Shown piece after piece: positions 38,880 to 52,314 of a stretch of 64,000 nt of DNA. Under the pieces are notes generated by a model. It saw only the letters and a program-made list of their open reading frames with translations, made no database searches and was not told the origin of the DNA. The translations under genes and the position numbers were made by a program. Source of the stretch: Eledone cirrhosa (Eukaryota); NCBI GenBank assembly GCA_964016885.1, contig OZ024754.1, positions 40,176,001 through 40,240,000 of the forward strand, read 5' to 3'. Numbering within the stretch: position 1 is the stretch's first letter; each line of letters starts with the position of its first letter.

Positions 38880-39129
38880 CTAAAATGAAAGAGTTAAAAC
38901 CTTTATTATTATGTAGAAAAGTATAAATGAGATTTTCAAGAAGGATTTCCAGTAACAATATACCTCCTTCAGATAATTACCACAGACTCGACTCACATTT
39001 AAAAGATTCAAAATACATTAAATAAAAAGACATTAGATTACTGCAAAAGTGAAATGTAAATATATATCTTTACTTAGTAATTTAACATCTTAATCCAGCG
39101 ACCTACTCCAGCCAAATAATACTATAGAG

Positions 39130-39317
39130 CATGCATGTCAAACATGTGGCCCGTGGGCTGTAAGCAGCCCTTTACAAGCTCACCTGCGGCCGCACAAAGG
39201 TTTTTACAGCGCGAGCATGTTTTATCTTTGTAATATAAAATTTTAAAAAATTAGTTGTAATGTGCGCAATTAGTTGTTATGTGTGGCCCTTGGAGGACTC
39301 TCAGTTTGACATGCCTG
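39130..39317. mobile_element. hAT MITE
   Basis: TIRs CAKGCATGTCAAAC and perfect 8-bp TSD CTATAGAG; shorter relative at 36234-36344. Confidence 0.88.
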
Positions 39318-39750
39318 CTATAGAGTACTATCACCAACACCTCGCTTGCCTCAACCACCATTCTGTATATCTACATGCTCACATGAAGCTGGACTGCTAC
39401 CAATGTGTTCTAAACTATAGTGAACATATCAAAAACAAAACAATATTACTCCTAAACAACTGTTTGATGACAACACATCAAAGGATAATTATTATGCAAC
39501 AACTTTGATGTCTTTGAAATGTGCATAACAGAATTATATAATTGTTTCTACTTTTGGAACAAGGCCAACAATTATCCTAATACATTACTGGTACTTTATT
39601 TTATCGACTCCGTAAGGATGAAAGGCAAAGTTAACCTCGGCGGGATTTGAACTCAGATCGTGAAGGGCCGTAACTCCTATGCTGCAAAGCATGGCATCAT
39701 TAAACAGAGGATGTATACATAAAGCCATCTCTCTTCTTTATAATATACAT

Positions 39751-39795
<45 letters not shown>

Positions 39796-39798
<3 letters not shown>

Positions 39799-40010
39799 TG
39801 AAATAAATAACATAAGACTTATTTCATTTACCAAAAGTTTCACGAAGACAAACGTCTGAAATCGTTCAACAATTTCAGACGTCTGTCTCAGGCTCGTTTG
39901 TCTTCGTGAAACCTTTGGTAAATGAAATAATTGTCTTATGTTGTTTATTACATAATTAAATAGCTCTGTAACCTACATAGAGTACTCTCCTTTCCTATGG
40001 AAACACTTAT
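39796..40010 (+). mobile_element. Fold-back element with 3' half of a hammerhead ribozyme (same family as 32870-33185)
   Basis: Inverted repeat 39796-39955; GAAA-CCTTTGG-TA-AATGAAA; downstream GCTCT..AGAGTACTCT hairpin. Confidence 0.62.
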
Positions 40011-40751
40011 TATACATATATATATATTTAATACCTAGATGATCTGAGTAGTTGTTCTATAGCCCTAGGTTGGCTGTGGTTGAGTATATAAAAAAAAGCT
40101 GGATAGTAGTAGTTTTATAGCCCTAGGTTGGCTGTGGTTAAGTAAACCTAGAAAAGCTAGGTAGTAGTAGTAGTAGTAGTAGTAGTTGTTGTTGTCTAGC
40201 ATAGGTCATCTGTGGTTGAGAATACCAAGAAAAGCTCGGAGTAGTAATAGTAGTAGTAGCTGTTTTTTTGTTGTTGTCTAGCCGTAGGTCAGCTGTGGTT
40301 GAGTATACCTAGAAAAGCTGGGTAGATAAATACAGTGACAAGAAAGATGTTTAGATAAACGGGAGAGATAATAAATAATAGATAAAAATAAAAACTATAA
40401 CAGGAAATAAGAGTGAAATAAAACAGAGGAAAATACCTGAGAGGAAACACAGGTGAAAAAAACCCCCAGAAAATTAAAAAACACTAAAATAGTTTTAGAT
40501 AAGAAAGTATGTACTAAAGTTGCTCGTTTGAACCAGGTCTGATATTTGTAAAGATTAGATTATTGCAAAGTCATCTGGTGTTGGAATATCATAGAAACTT
40601 CTAAATCTCAGAAAGATATCTAGTTTTATAGAATTCCATTTTTACTTTACAATTAGTTGTGTGTGAGCAAGACACGGTCACCTGATCTGACTTGTCTCAC
40701 AACGGGACAACTCATCTAACCCATGCTAGCACGGAAAAATGGACGCTAAAC

Positions 40752-40997
40752 AACGATGATGATAACGGTGATGGTTGTGGTGGTGATGATGATGACGATG
40801 ATGGTTGTGGTGGTGATGATGATGACGATGATGGTTGTGGTGGTGGTGATGATGGTGATGATGGTGATGACGGTGATGGTTGTGGTGACGGTGATGGTTG
40901 TGGTGGTGATGGTGATGGTTCTGGTGGTGATGATGATGATGGTGATGGTTATGATGGTGATGATGATGGTGATGGTTGTGGTGGTGATGATGATGAT
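40752..40997. repeat. (GAT/GGT)n trinucleotide expansion at an RTE tail
   Basis: Direct inspection; follows an RTE 3' end. Confidence 0.9.
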
Positions 40998-41069
40998 AAA
41001 TTTCTTTAACCCAGTTTTCTCAGTTAATATTTCTGCAAAGTACAAAAAAAACAAACCATCTTTAACATA

Positions 41070-41267
41070 CAAGGGTGGGCTGAAAAGTTCATAGCCTGAT
41101 TATGAAGGAGTGATGCTAGAGCTGTGAAATATTGCATGCATTACTTTCAGCTCTTCTTATTAATAACTGCATTGTTTCTTTCTAGGGACAATTTTGAAAA
41201 ATAAACCTCATTTGGTCATTCCATGAGAGTATCTTGGTCAGCCTATGATCTTCTCAGCTGACCCTCG
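41070..41267. mobile_element. mariner-like MITE
   Basis: TA-CAAGGGTGGGCTGAAAAG...CTCAGCTGACCCTCG-TA; fragments also at 9330-9457, 18755-18910 and 62967-63075. Confidence 0.8.
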
Positions 41268-41468
41268 TATTTCAACTGATATTTGAGAATGTTCATGATT
41301 ACATTTTTAGGCCAATTACTTGCCACGAGAAGCCAGTCTGTTGTGGAAAGGAGTTTACTTATTATCTACCAGTTGTTGGCAGAAGTATCACTGCTTTACC
41401 AGCAGCAGGAGGAAGTAGGATTTGAACTCTGAATGGGACAGGCACCACAAAGCATCCCATCTTACCTT

Positions 41469-41694
41469 TTAACCCTTTAGCATTCACATTACTCTATATA
41501 TACTATTGTATTTTCATGGTAAAGGCTTTATTTCACCTAATTATCTCACATATCGAATCTATGAGATTTTGATGTTATTTATTTTGAGAACAATACCTTA
41601 ACATCAGTATAAGTGGCGTGTTACAGCCAGTTTGAACAGAAAGAGGTGAGAGAATTCTGGCCGGATACAGCTGGTTTAAATGCTAAAGGGTTAA
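41469..41694. mobile_element. piggyBac-like MITE
   Basis: TTAA TSD and CCCTTTAGCATT TIRs. Confidence 0.9.
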
Positions 41695-41749
41695 CATTTC
41701 TAGTAATACACCACCCCAGGATTGGTACATTATTTATTGACTAAAAAGT

Positions 41750-41931
41750 AGTGGATTGGCAATATCGGTAGAGTGTCAGACGCCATGCTTTGCAGTATAA
41801 AGTTATGGCCTTTTACGTTCTGTGTTCAAATCCCACCGAGGTTAACATTGCCCCTTACGGGGCTCGATAAAATAAAGTACCAGTAATGTACTGGGATAAT
41901 TGCTGGCCTTGTGCCAAAAGTAGAAACAATT
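41750..41931 (+). mobile_element. SINE family A copy
   Basis: Reverse-orientation match to the family. Confidence 0.82.
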
Positions 41932-42089
41932 ATTTATTGACTTTGAAAGGGTAGTAGGCAAAATTAACCTCAGCAGGATTTGAACTCAGAACAGAGAGAA
42001 ATGGAATAAATACAGAAATATTTAATCCTACACTCTAATGACTGCCAATTCATACACTCAATACAATATTTCTAAATTACCCTTTATTT

Positions 42090-42472
42090 ATATAAATAGG
42101 GAGACACAAAGCAAGCTTTGTTTAGAAATAGTTATCAAATTTGAAAATTAGGTAGTAACATGTGCTTATGCTGTATTTGACTAAATAGAATTAGTCTGTT
42201 AGTTGGGATTTTAAAAAACCCTCTGAATGGAGAAAAAGGATGAGTAATGACGTACATGGAACACAAACCCACATCTTTGGTTTGCCGGACCAATGTGTTA
42301 CCATTTCACCAACACACTACTCATGCTTCCTTTTGATAAAGATGAGAGATAAATCAGCCACTGGATACACATCGATAAATGTGATTAGTAAAATATTCAG
42401 GGTAAGCAGTAGGTATTAATAAAGTAATTTGTCAACAAAATTCCCTCTGACAATGAGACAATAGGTAAAAAA
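42090..42472 (-). repeat. Dispersed ~380-bp repeat with tRNA-like module (copy 2; cloverleaf 42248-42318)
   Basis: Similar to 19492-19872. Confidence 0.8.
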
Positions 42473-42781
42473 TATATATATAATCAGGTAGTAACATGTG
42501 CTTACACCATATTTGACTAAATAGAATTATGATGTCTGACAACATCAAATAATATTCATTTGTAAAGTCGTTTTTTTTTTTACCCCTAAAGGAAGAGAAC
42601 AAAAAAAAAAAAACACATGTAAAAGACACTCCTCGTTTACCCACCCCTATAGAATGTGTCTGCACAAACAAGACACACAAAAAACAACAAAAACATCCAA
42701 ATTGAAAAGTTATCCAATATTTTTTTTGTGAAACTTGAACTTGTAAAAGAGAACATCTACCACAAGCAACTATAGTAGTAG

Positions 42782-42827
<46 letters not shown>

Positions 42828-42895
42828 TAACAATGTTTTCTTTATTAACCACAAGGGTTTACATAAAGCAGACATTAAAAATAACATAATAATAA

Positions 42896-43800
42896 TAATT
42901 GTTTCTACTTTTGGCACAAGGCCAGCAATTACCCCGTGTATTGCTGGTACTTTATTTTATCGACCCCGTACACAAGGCCAGCAATTTAGGCGGAGGGGAA
43001 AGTCAATTAAATTGACCCCAGTGTTGGTACTTTATTTTATTAACCCCGTAAGGATGAAAAGTAAAGCTAACCTCGGCAGGATTTGAACTCAGAAGGTAAA
43101 GGGCCATAACTCCTATGTTGCAAAGCATAGCGTCTGATGCTCTACTGATACTGCCAAATAATAATAATAATGTTTCTACTTTTGGCACAAGGCCAGCAAT
43201 TACCCCAGTGCATTACTGGTGCTTTATTTTATCGACCCCATAAGGACGAAAGGCAAAGTTAATCTCGGCGGGATTTGAACTCAGAACATAAAAGGCCATA
43301 ACTCTATGCTGCAAAGCATGGTGTCTGACGCTCTACTAATTTAGGTAGAAGGTAGAAGGTCAGCAATTTTGAGGAGGGAAAGAGAAGTTGATTGAATTAA
43401 GCCCAAAAGGATGAAAGGCAAAGCTAACTTTGGCAGGATTTGAACTCAGAACATCAAAAGCTGGTAGAAATATGGCAAAGAATGTTTCCCAATATTCTAC
43501 CAACTCTGTCAATCTACTGCCCTCCACCACCCCAAAATCTGTTTCTACTTTTGGCACAAGGTCAGCAATTTGAAAGGGGAAGGGGAAAGTCAATTAAATT
43601 GAACCAGTACATTACTGGTACTTTATTTTATCAAAACGACTTCTCCGTAAGGATAAAAGGCAAAACTAATCTCAGTGGGATTCTTAACTCAGAATGTAAA
43701 GGGCCATAACTAGATGGATTCTTAACTCAGAATGTAAAGGACCATAACTAGATGCCACAAAGCATATTTTCTGGTGCTCTAGTTACCAACACTGTCAGTC
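42896..43800 (-). mobile_element. Cluster of 4-5 tandem SINE family A copies and fragments
   Basis: Repeated GTTTCTACTTTTGGCACAAGG and GATTTGAACTCAGAA motifs. Confidence 0.82.
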
Positions 43801-44420
43801 AAACTCCCTCCAATCAACACCACCGCCATACTAATAATAATTTAATTAGAATGACTAAACAAAACAACAAAAGAAATATACAAAAAAAACAAACATGCAT
43901 TACAAAAACAACCAACAAAAATAATATTGTGAGAAAACAGAGTTTCCTCTGAATATTGTGAGGAGGTGAACAACAATAAAATAAAGACTGAAAAGCAACA
44001 GAGAGGCATTCTTATATTTGAAAGTAAATTTAGTGTTTGCATTCCATATATATATAATAAAATGTGAAAAAAAAAGTTAAATGAAAGTGTGTTTTAAGGT
44101 GTACATTGTGAAAATATGTTTAGTTCTTACAGCAAACACCAGGGGAAAGTATCAGGAAATCACACCTACCGGATCTCTCTGGAATAAATAAATATTTACA
44201 AAAAATCTATATGAAAACAGAGAGAGAGAAAGAACAAGTACAGAAAGGGAGTGGGGGGGGGACAAATGTAGAGAGAGAGAAGAAGTGCAGAGAGGCAGGG
44301 GAGAGAGAGAGAATGCAAATATGGAAATGGTTAAAAAAATAGAAAAAAAATAGAACTCTTTCTTAAGTGAAATAAGAAACAAAACCGAAAACTAACAGAT
44401 ATGACCTGTCAATCAATCTC

Positions 44421-45404
44421 ACAGTCACCCCACAGCTATTGACAGAACAGTCACCCCACAGCTATTGACAGAACAGTCACCCCACAGCTATTGACAGAAC
44501 AGTCACCCCACAGCTATTGACAGAACAGTCACCCCACAGCTATTGACAGAACAGTCACCCCACAGCTACTGGACAGAACAGTCACCCCACAGCTATTGAC
44601 AGAACAGTCACCCCACAGCTATTGACAGAACAGTCACCCCACAGCTATTGACAGAACAGTCACCCCACAGCTATTGACAGAACAGTCACCCCACAGCTAT
44701 TGACAGAACAGTCACCCCACAGCTATTGACAGAACAGTCACCCCACAGCTATTGACAGAACAGTCACCCCACAGCTATTAACAGAACAGTCACCCCACAG
44801 CTATTGACAGAACAGTCACCCCACAGCTATTGACAGAACAGTCACCCCACAGCTATTGACAGAACAGTCACCCCACAGCTATTGACAAAACAGTCACCCC
44901 ACAGCTATTGACAGAACAGTCACCCCACAGCTACTGGACAGAACAGTCACCCCACAGCTATTGACAGAACAGTCACCCCACAGCTATTGACAGAACAGTC
45001 ACCCCACAGCTATTGACAGAACAGTCACCCCACAGCTATTGACAGAACAGTCACCCCACAGCTATTGACAGAACAGTCACCCCACAGCTATTGACAGAAC
45101 AGTCACCCCACAGCTATTGACAGAACAGTCACCCCACAGCTATTGACAGAACAGTCACCCCACAGTTATTGACAGAACAGTCACCCCACAGCTATTGACA
45201 GAACAGTCACCCCACAGCTATTGACAGAACAGTCACCCCACAGCTATTGACAGAACAGTCACCCCACAGCTATTGACAGAACAGTCACCCCACAGCTATT
45301 GACAGAACAGTCACCCCACAGCTATTAACAGAACAGTCACCCCACAGCTATTGACAGAACAGTCACCCCACAGCTATTGACAGAACAGTCACCCCACAGC
45401 TATT
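44421..45404. repeat. 26-bp minisatellite, about 38 near-identical copies
   Basis: Unit ACAGTCACCCCACAGCTATTGACAGA. Confidence 0.95.
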
Positions 45405-45479
45405 TTCATAGACACATAATTCCCATAGCACAGCTATTTAAACACACACATTATTCCCACATTTGACAAAAGAACTATC

Positions 45480-45720
45480 CTAAAGTAAAGGCCAAACGGC
45501 ATGACCGTCTTCCAGTTCCACAGTGGTAAACCCCTTGTCTGGGATGCCACATGCAGCGACATTCTCCAGTGGTAACCTGGTGAAGTCTGCGACTAACCCG
45601 GGCTCTGCTGCACTTCGGGCTGAGGAGGGTAAACTCGCCAAGTATCGGTCGCTCTCTGACACTGACAGGTTCTCTGACAGGTTCGCAGTCAAGCTCCTAG
45701 CAGTGGAGACTTCTGGAAAC
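45480..45720 (+). mobile_element. CRE-like non-LTR fragment (restriction-like endonuclease)
   Basis: RPNGMTVF..GKPLVWDATCSD then, after a frameshift, PGSAALRAEEGKLAKY..AVETSG. Confidence 0.72.
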
Positions 45721-46438
45721 CACCAATTATGCGGAGAAGAGAAAGTTGATTAAATCAACCCCAGTACTTCACTGGTACTTTATTTCATTGATCCCAGAAG
45801 GATGAAAGGCAAGGCTGAACTCAGTAGAATTTGAACTGAGAAATCTATATGCTAAGAAAGTCTGATCTAATTTATATCAATCACATCTGTGTATATGTAA
45901 TTTATATTGATCAGATCTATTGTCATTAGAGAAAAGAAAAGAAGCCAAAGTGAATTATGAACCCCTAATATTTTCTGAGTTATTTCTCCATTTGCCATTC
46001 CCCACAAGACTTCATATCTACTTCCAACGATGTACTGTATACAGCAGTGTTTAGCTCAAGGGGAATAACTCACTCTGGTTTATCAATTCATTGTATACAT
46101 TCACAACTGCCACTAGTTGATTGAGCCAATGGAAGAGTCTTTATATGGCAGCTTGTCCAACTAGAAAATAGCAGCCAAATCTCCCTGAAAATGCACACTA
46201 CTGTCTTAAATCTGAACATTGTATAGAGATTCAGAGAAGAGAAGCGGTAAAGAGAGACAGTAAGCTAGAGAGAGGAGAGGCAGAGCAAGAAAAAGAGAAG
46301 GCGAAGGTGAGAAGGGGGAGAGGGAGAGAGAGAGAGAGAGAGAGAGCAATAAAACACAGACTAGAAGTAAGATTTCAATCTTAGGTAAGATTGAAAGAAA
46401 AAGTATTACATCAGAGAAAAACGTGTGTGTGAGTGAGA

Positions 46439-46470
<32 letters not shown>

Positions 46471-46702
46471 ATGGCATATTTATGTATTCAAAAGTTCAAA
46501 TTATAAAAATTTGTTGGAAATATTTTCAAGGACATAAATACATAAATAACACTAATGGTGATGTAGTAAATGTAGGAAGACAGCGTTTCATTGTAAAATA
46601 ATCAGTGTCATACAAAGATAGTAAGTATTGTGGAGCAAATGGCTTCCACTAAACTTTATTTGCAATCCACTTATGTTTCACAGTTGAAGCCAGTGCACTT
46701 AC

Positions 46703-46958
46703 TCTTGCAACAGCATTGGAAAAGGCATGAACGTCACAAACCCAACCTTCCACTTCCTTGAATAAAAATTAAAATCTAGTCTTGTTCTTGTATTCAAATT
46801 AGTTTAGACAAAGTGTACGGGAGACAACTCATAAGCAAACCTCCCAGGAATAAGTGTGCTTCTGGAAAGCATATTTGCAGACTCTGCTTCCACAGCCCAC
46901 CCAGAAATAAATGGGTAAAGAAGATTGACTTCATAATAAGTGACATCTCCAGTAAGAT
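46703..46958 (-). other. Candidate 256-nt exon of a minus-strand transcript
   Basis: TGTTTAG acceptor and AGA|GTAAGT donor around unique sequence. Confidence 0.35.
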
Positions 46959-47467
46959 CTAAACACAGCTGATTTTTTCCAAAGAAGGAGAGAGAGAGAA
47001 GGAATTGATGCTCCAGCCCTGGTACTTTTTTTTAATCAACCATGAAAGAATGAAAGGCAAAGTTTTAGAGAGGACACATTGGTCCGCTTAAGAGTTATCT
47101 CCCATGGAAGTAAGACAATTTCCAACAAACATTCATTCCTCTCTCAATGTCAGCTTCTCTGCAGACGATAACACCGAATGATTATTGTATCAAAACAATA
47201 AACTATTCGATCTTACGGTAGAACAACCAGCTCTCTCTCTCTCTCTCTCTTTCCAACAAGATAAAAACCTATAAACCTTTTTATATTGAAGTAAAACTAT
47301 AAATCACTCGATCCGATAGATCGTATATTTAGATCAGGGGCGTGCAACAGGCGGCCCGCGGGCCTCAATCCGGCCTACCAGACCAGTCAGAGTGGCCCGC
47401 GGGTCACAATCCGACCCGCCAGACCAGAGTGATCCTCTGATGGTCAATGTGTGTGTGTGTATGTACG

Positions 47468-47498
<31 letters not shown>

Positions 47499-47764
47499 CA
47501 TCATCATCATCGTCTCTGTATACACACCCTTATATTAACATACTTTTGCTCATAGCTTCGTACTTACATGCACACACACTCTTTTACTTACATATACACA
47601 CACATTTCTTTTTAGCTTCGTACGGACGTATAACACACACACACATGCTTACGCGCGTGCACAAGTATAGCTCTTTTTTACAAAACGGTTTTTTTTTTCT
47701 ATTTCAGGTAGACGCGCTCCATCATCCACTTTTCTAAAAAAACAAATCATACACAACAGCTAAT

Positions 47765-47953
47765 AATTGTTTCTACTTTTTGGCACAAGGCCAGCAATTA
47801 TCCCAGTGTATTACTGGTACTTTATTTTATCGACCCCGTAAGGATGAAAGGCAAAGTTAACCTCGACGGGATTTGAACTCAGATTATAAAGGACCGTAAC
47901 TCTATGCTGGAAAGCATGGCGTCCGACCCTCTACCGATACTGCCAATCTACCG
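47765..47953 (-). mobile_element. SINE family A copy
   Basis: Near identity to other copies. Confidence 0.86.
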
Positions 47954-48376
47954 CAAATCAGCACCAACAGTTTTGCAAGAGATATCAACATGAATGGACC
48001 TGTTATTTTTTTATCTAAAGACATGTTTTCCAATTCCAACCCGCCCGTCCCCTCAATCTATCTTATTTCTCATTCTTTCAAAACGTTAAGACCCTCTTCC
48101 TGCTATATCAAGCGTTAACCTAATATATTCCTTCCATATACTGTACCGATTGTGTTTGTTATTTCTGTTATATATATATATATATATATGATTCGCAATC
48201 GTAAGGTTGCGAGTTCGATTCCTGGACCAGGCGATGCGTTATGTCCTTGAGCAAGACACTTTATTTCACGTTGCTCCTTCTACCTGGAGTTGCGACCGAT
48301 AGATAGTACTAGCAATTGGAAAGACCAACGGAAACATTGTCCCCCTCGGTCCGATTTGACGAAAGTCGATCGTTCC

Positions 48377-48695
<319 letters not shown>

Positions 48696-49027
48696 CACAA
48701 TAATCAAAACTATGTTCAAATAATTTTATTGCTATTTTTCTTACTGGTAATAAGGTAGTAATGAATTACTGACCTTTCCTGTTTATAGTTGTATATAGTG
48801 TATATATAACTATATATAATTGTTTCTACTTTTGGCACAAGGCCAGCAAATACCCAGCGCATTACTGGTACTTTATTTTATCGACCCCGTAAGGATGAAA
48901 GGCAAAGTTAACTTCGGCGGGATTTGAACTCAGGATGGCAAGGGCCGTAACTCTATGCTAGAAAGCATGGCGTCTGACCCTCTACCGATACTGCTAATTC
49001 ACTTATAAATAATAATTTTTTTTTTTC

Positions 49028-49250
49028 ATTTCATTTCATTTTACGTCCGCTTTTTCCCAGCTTGCAAGGGTGGGACTAGTATGATAGGGACCCCAGTCCC
49101 TATCATCTCATTTCTACAGCTGAGTAAACTGGAGTAATGTGAAATAAAGTGTCTTGCTGAAGGAAACAGCACATTACCCGGTCGGAGAATTGAACTCACA
49201 ACCTTTCGATTGCAAGCCCAATGCTCTAACCACTAAGCCATGTGCCTCCA
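49028..49250 (-). mobile_element. SINE family B copy (internally deleted)
   Basis: Reverse complement of the 27780-28110 head and tail. Confidence 0.8.
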
Positions 49251-49541
49251 TATATATATATGGAGGCACATGTTTACTGTCTCAACTATAATATATATAT
49301 ATATTATAGTTGAGACAGTAAACAAAACAAAAAAGTGGAAGCGAGGAGGCAGTACAAATGTTAATATTAGTTTCACGCTTGACAGCGGGGGGCGGGGGTA
49401 CACCACACACATACATATGCGGGAGAATATAATATATTACATTCTGTAATTAAGTTTTTTTATTGATCTGTCTCATTAGTAAACCATATTCCCCCACCAC
49501 CGAAGCCCAGCGTAGTTCCACAGGAAGATATCAAATAAAAT

Positions 49542-49595
<54 letters not shown>

Positions 49596-49726
49596 AAAAT
49601 GTTTGACCCCGACGGCAGAGCTCAAACCGTTTCGACGGCTATTTCTGGATTACCCACTCTACTACCCCAAGTATTGAGTACTCTGGTGCGTTATGGTCCA
49701 TCTAGTTCCTTACCACACCCCCTTCG

Positions 49727-49805
<79 letters not shown>

Positions 49806-49861
49806 ATTAATATTATTCAGAATAATAATAAATGAAGACATTCACATAATCAAAATATATG

Positions 49862-49923
49862 TTTTATTATATATATTTCGAAGGTACTGTGCTGTTTTTT
49901 CAGTATGTCCTCGTCAGATAAAA
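49862..49923 (-). ncRNA. Type I hammerhead ribozyme (mirror copy)
   Basis: Reverse complement of 50021-50083 with small stem II differences. Confidence 0.7.
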
Positions 49924-50020
49924 TACATGAAATGATGTAGGACATACCTCAACGGTCTTGATCGTTCAATTCCAGTATTGGCAGTACTGGAATTGAACCA
50001 TCAAGACATCACTTCATGTA

Positions 50021-50083
50021 TTTTATCTGACGAGGACGTACTGAAAAAAACAGCACAGTACCTTCGAAATATATATAATAAAA
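50021..50083 (+). ncRNA. Type I hammerhead ribozyme
   Basis: TTTTAT-CTGACGA-GGACGTACTG..CAGTACCTTC-GAAA-TATATA-TA-ATAAAA; AUA triplet, palindromic stem III. Confidence 0.72.
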
Positions 50084-50226
50084 CATATATTTTGATTATG
50101 TGAATGTCTTCATTTATTAATATTCAGAATAATATTAATAACTCCAGAAAACTTCACTGTAGAGTGCTTTTAATCTATTGTAAAACTATATTCATTGAGT
50201 AATCAATGAACCATAATAATCTTTGG

Positions 50227-50288
<62 letters not shown>

Positions 50289-50518
50289 ACCTTTTTTATG
50301 TATAGTTTGTGCCTTCAGTCGGTTATCTTGGTGTCACATTTTTTTTTTAAATCGAATTATACATGTACTGCAGCTAAAGTTCGATTTACAAATATATCAA
50401 ACTTTAATTAGAGAAAATTCAACCAAAATTCTTGAAGTAGTGTTTATCAGTTTACTATTGTTTCGAAAAATGAGATAACAAACCCAATCAATAAATGTAG
50501 ATACTATCAATATTTCAA

Positions 50519-50603
50519 AAGGAGTTGGTCATAATTTGCTCTTAATAACAAGTATATCTATTAGATATACTTGTTATTAAGAGCAAATTATGACCAACTC
50601 CTT
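50519..50603. repeat. Perfect 42-bp-arm palindrome sitting as stem II of a hammerhead-like core on -
   Basis: Arms 50519-50560 and 50562-50603; flanked on - by CTGAAGA and GAAA. Confidence 0.85.
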
Positions 50604-50840
50604 GTCTTCAGATAAATTTCAAAAATATGTCAGAGACGATTTCAACAAGTGTGAAGATATGTATACCAGTAATTTTACCAAAAAGAAACAATATTGGGAA
50701 ACAACGAGGAAGGTCTCGACATATTTTCTGGTCACAAATACATCTGCAGCCATATATATATTGGGTGGTCAAGTATGGATTTTGTAGAAATTTGTAGAAA
50801 TTTGTTTATTTCTACAAATTTCATACTTGACGGCCCTATA

Positions 50841-51020
50841 TGTTGTTATATTTGGGGAGGGTCATATTGTTATAATATTGCCAGAAATAATAATAAAACA
50901 CACTCACTGTTTGTTTGGATTGGTTTTCGCTTCAGTAAATCCAAAACAAACAGTGAGAGTGTTTTATTATTATTTCTAGCAATATTATAACAATATAACC
51001 CTCATCCAAATATAACAATA
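50841..51020. repeat. ~180-bp imperfect palindrome
   Basis: ~80-bp arms around a ~16-nt spacer at about 50922-50937. Confidence 0.85.
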
Positions 51021-51229
51021 TTTGTTTCAATACACGATTTCATATCAAAAACCTTGCAAAACAAATATATATATCACACACTCTATCTATCTCTATAATA
51101 AACTCCATCTATCCAAATTCTATGATGAACGATCATCCAAAATCCAATAAATACTCTTCCATGGATTAATCAACCACATATGTTCAATTTTCTGATGTTT
51201 TTTTTTTTGCAAAAGCGTCTAACCAACAT

Positions 51230-51256
51230 TATAATATACACGCTCATAATATATAT

Positions 51257-51291
<35 letters not shown>

Positions 51292-51345
51292 ATATACACG
51301 CTCATAATATATATATATATATATACACGCTCATAATATATATAT

Positions 51346-51388
<43 letters not shown>

Positions 51389-51415
51389 CACGCTCATAAT
51401 ATATATATACACACA

Positions 51416-51464
<49 letters not shown>

Positions 51465-51922
51465 GCTCATAATATATATATACACACACACACATATATA
51501 TATATATACACGCCCATAATATATATATACACACGCACATATATATATATACACGCTCATAATATATATATATACACACACACATATATATATACACGCT
51601 CATAATATATATATACACACACATATATATATATATATACAAGCTCATAATATATATACACACACACACACACACACATATATATACACGCTCATAATAT
51701 ATATATACACACACACATATATATATATATATACACGCTCATAATATATATATACACACACACATATATATACACGCTCATAATATATATATACACACAC
51801 ACACACATATATATATACACACACACATATATATATACACACACACACATATATATATATATACACGCTCATAATATATATATACACATACACACATATA
51901 TATATATATATACACGCTCATA

Positions 51923-51985
<63 letters not shown>

Positions 51986-52050
51986 CACGCTCATAATATA
52001 TATACACACACACACACATATATATACAAGCTCATAATATATACACACAC
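51230..52050. repeat. Compound (AT)n/(AC)n minisatellite with CACGCTCATAAT anchor
   Basis: Anchor recurs more than 15 times. Confidence 0.9.
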
Positions 52051-52268
52051 ACAAATTGTGTTTACATTATATATATACACACACACAAATTTCGTTTACA
52101 TTATAAATCCCGTCGAGGTTAACTTTGCATTTCATCCTGACGGGGGTCGATAAAGTAAAGTACCAGTAATACACGGTTGGCTTTTCTGGCCTTGTGCCAA
52201 AAATAGAAGCAATTATATATATAAAACAATTATATATATATAAGCTCATAATACACACACACACACAC

Positions 52269-52314
<46 letters not shown>

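Noticed and set aside
40692-41094. Asp/Gly-rich 105-aa ORF
   Set aside because: Expanded (GAT/GGT)n tail of an RTE 3' end.
44421-45404. CRISPR-like appearance of regular short repeats
   Set aside because: Units are contiguous with no unique spacers, the context is eukaryotic, and there are no cas genes.
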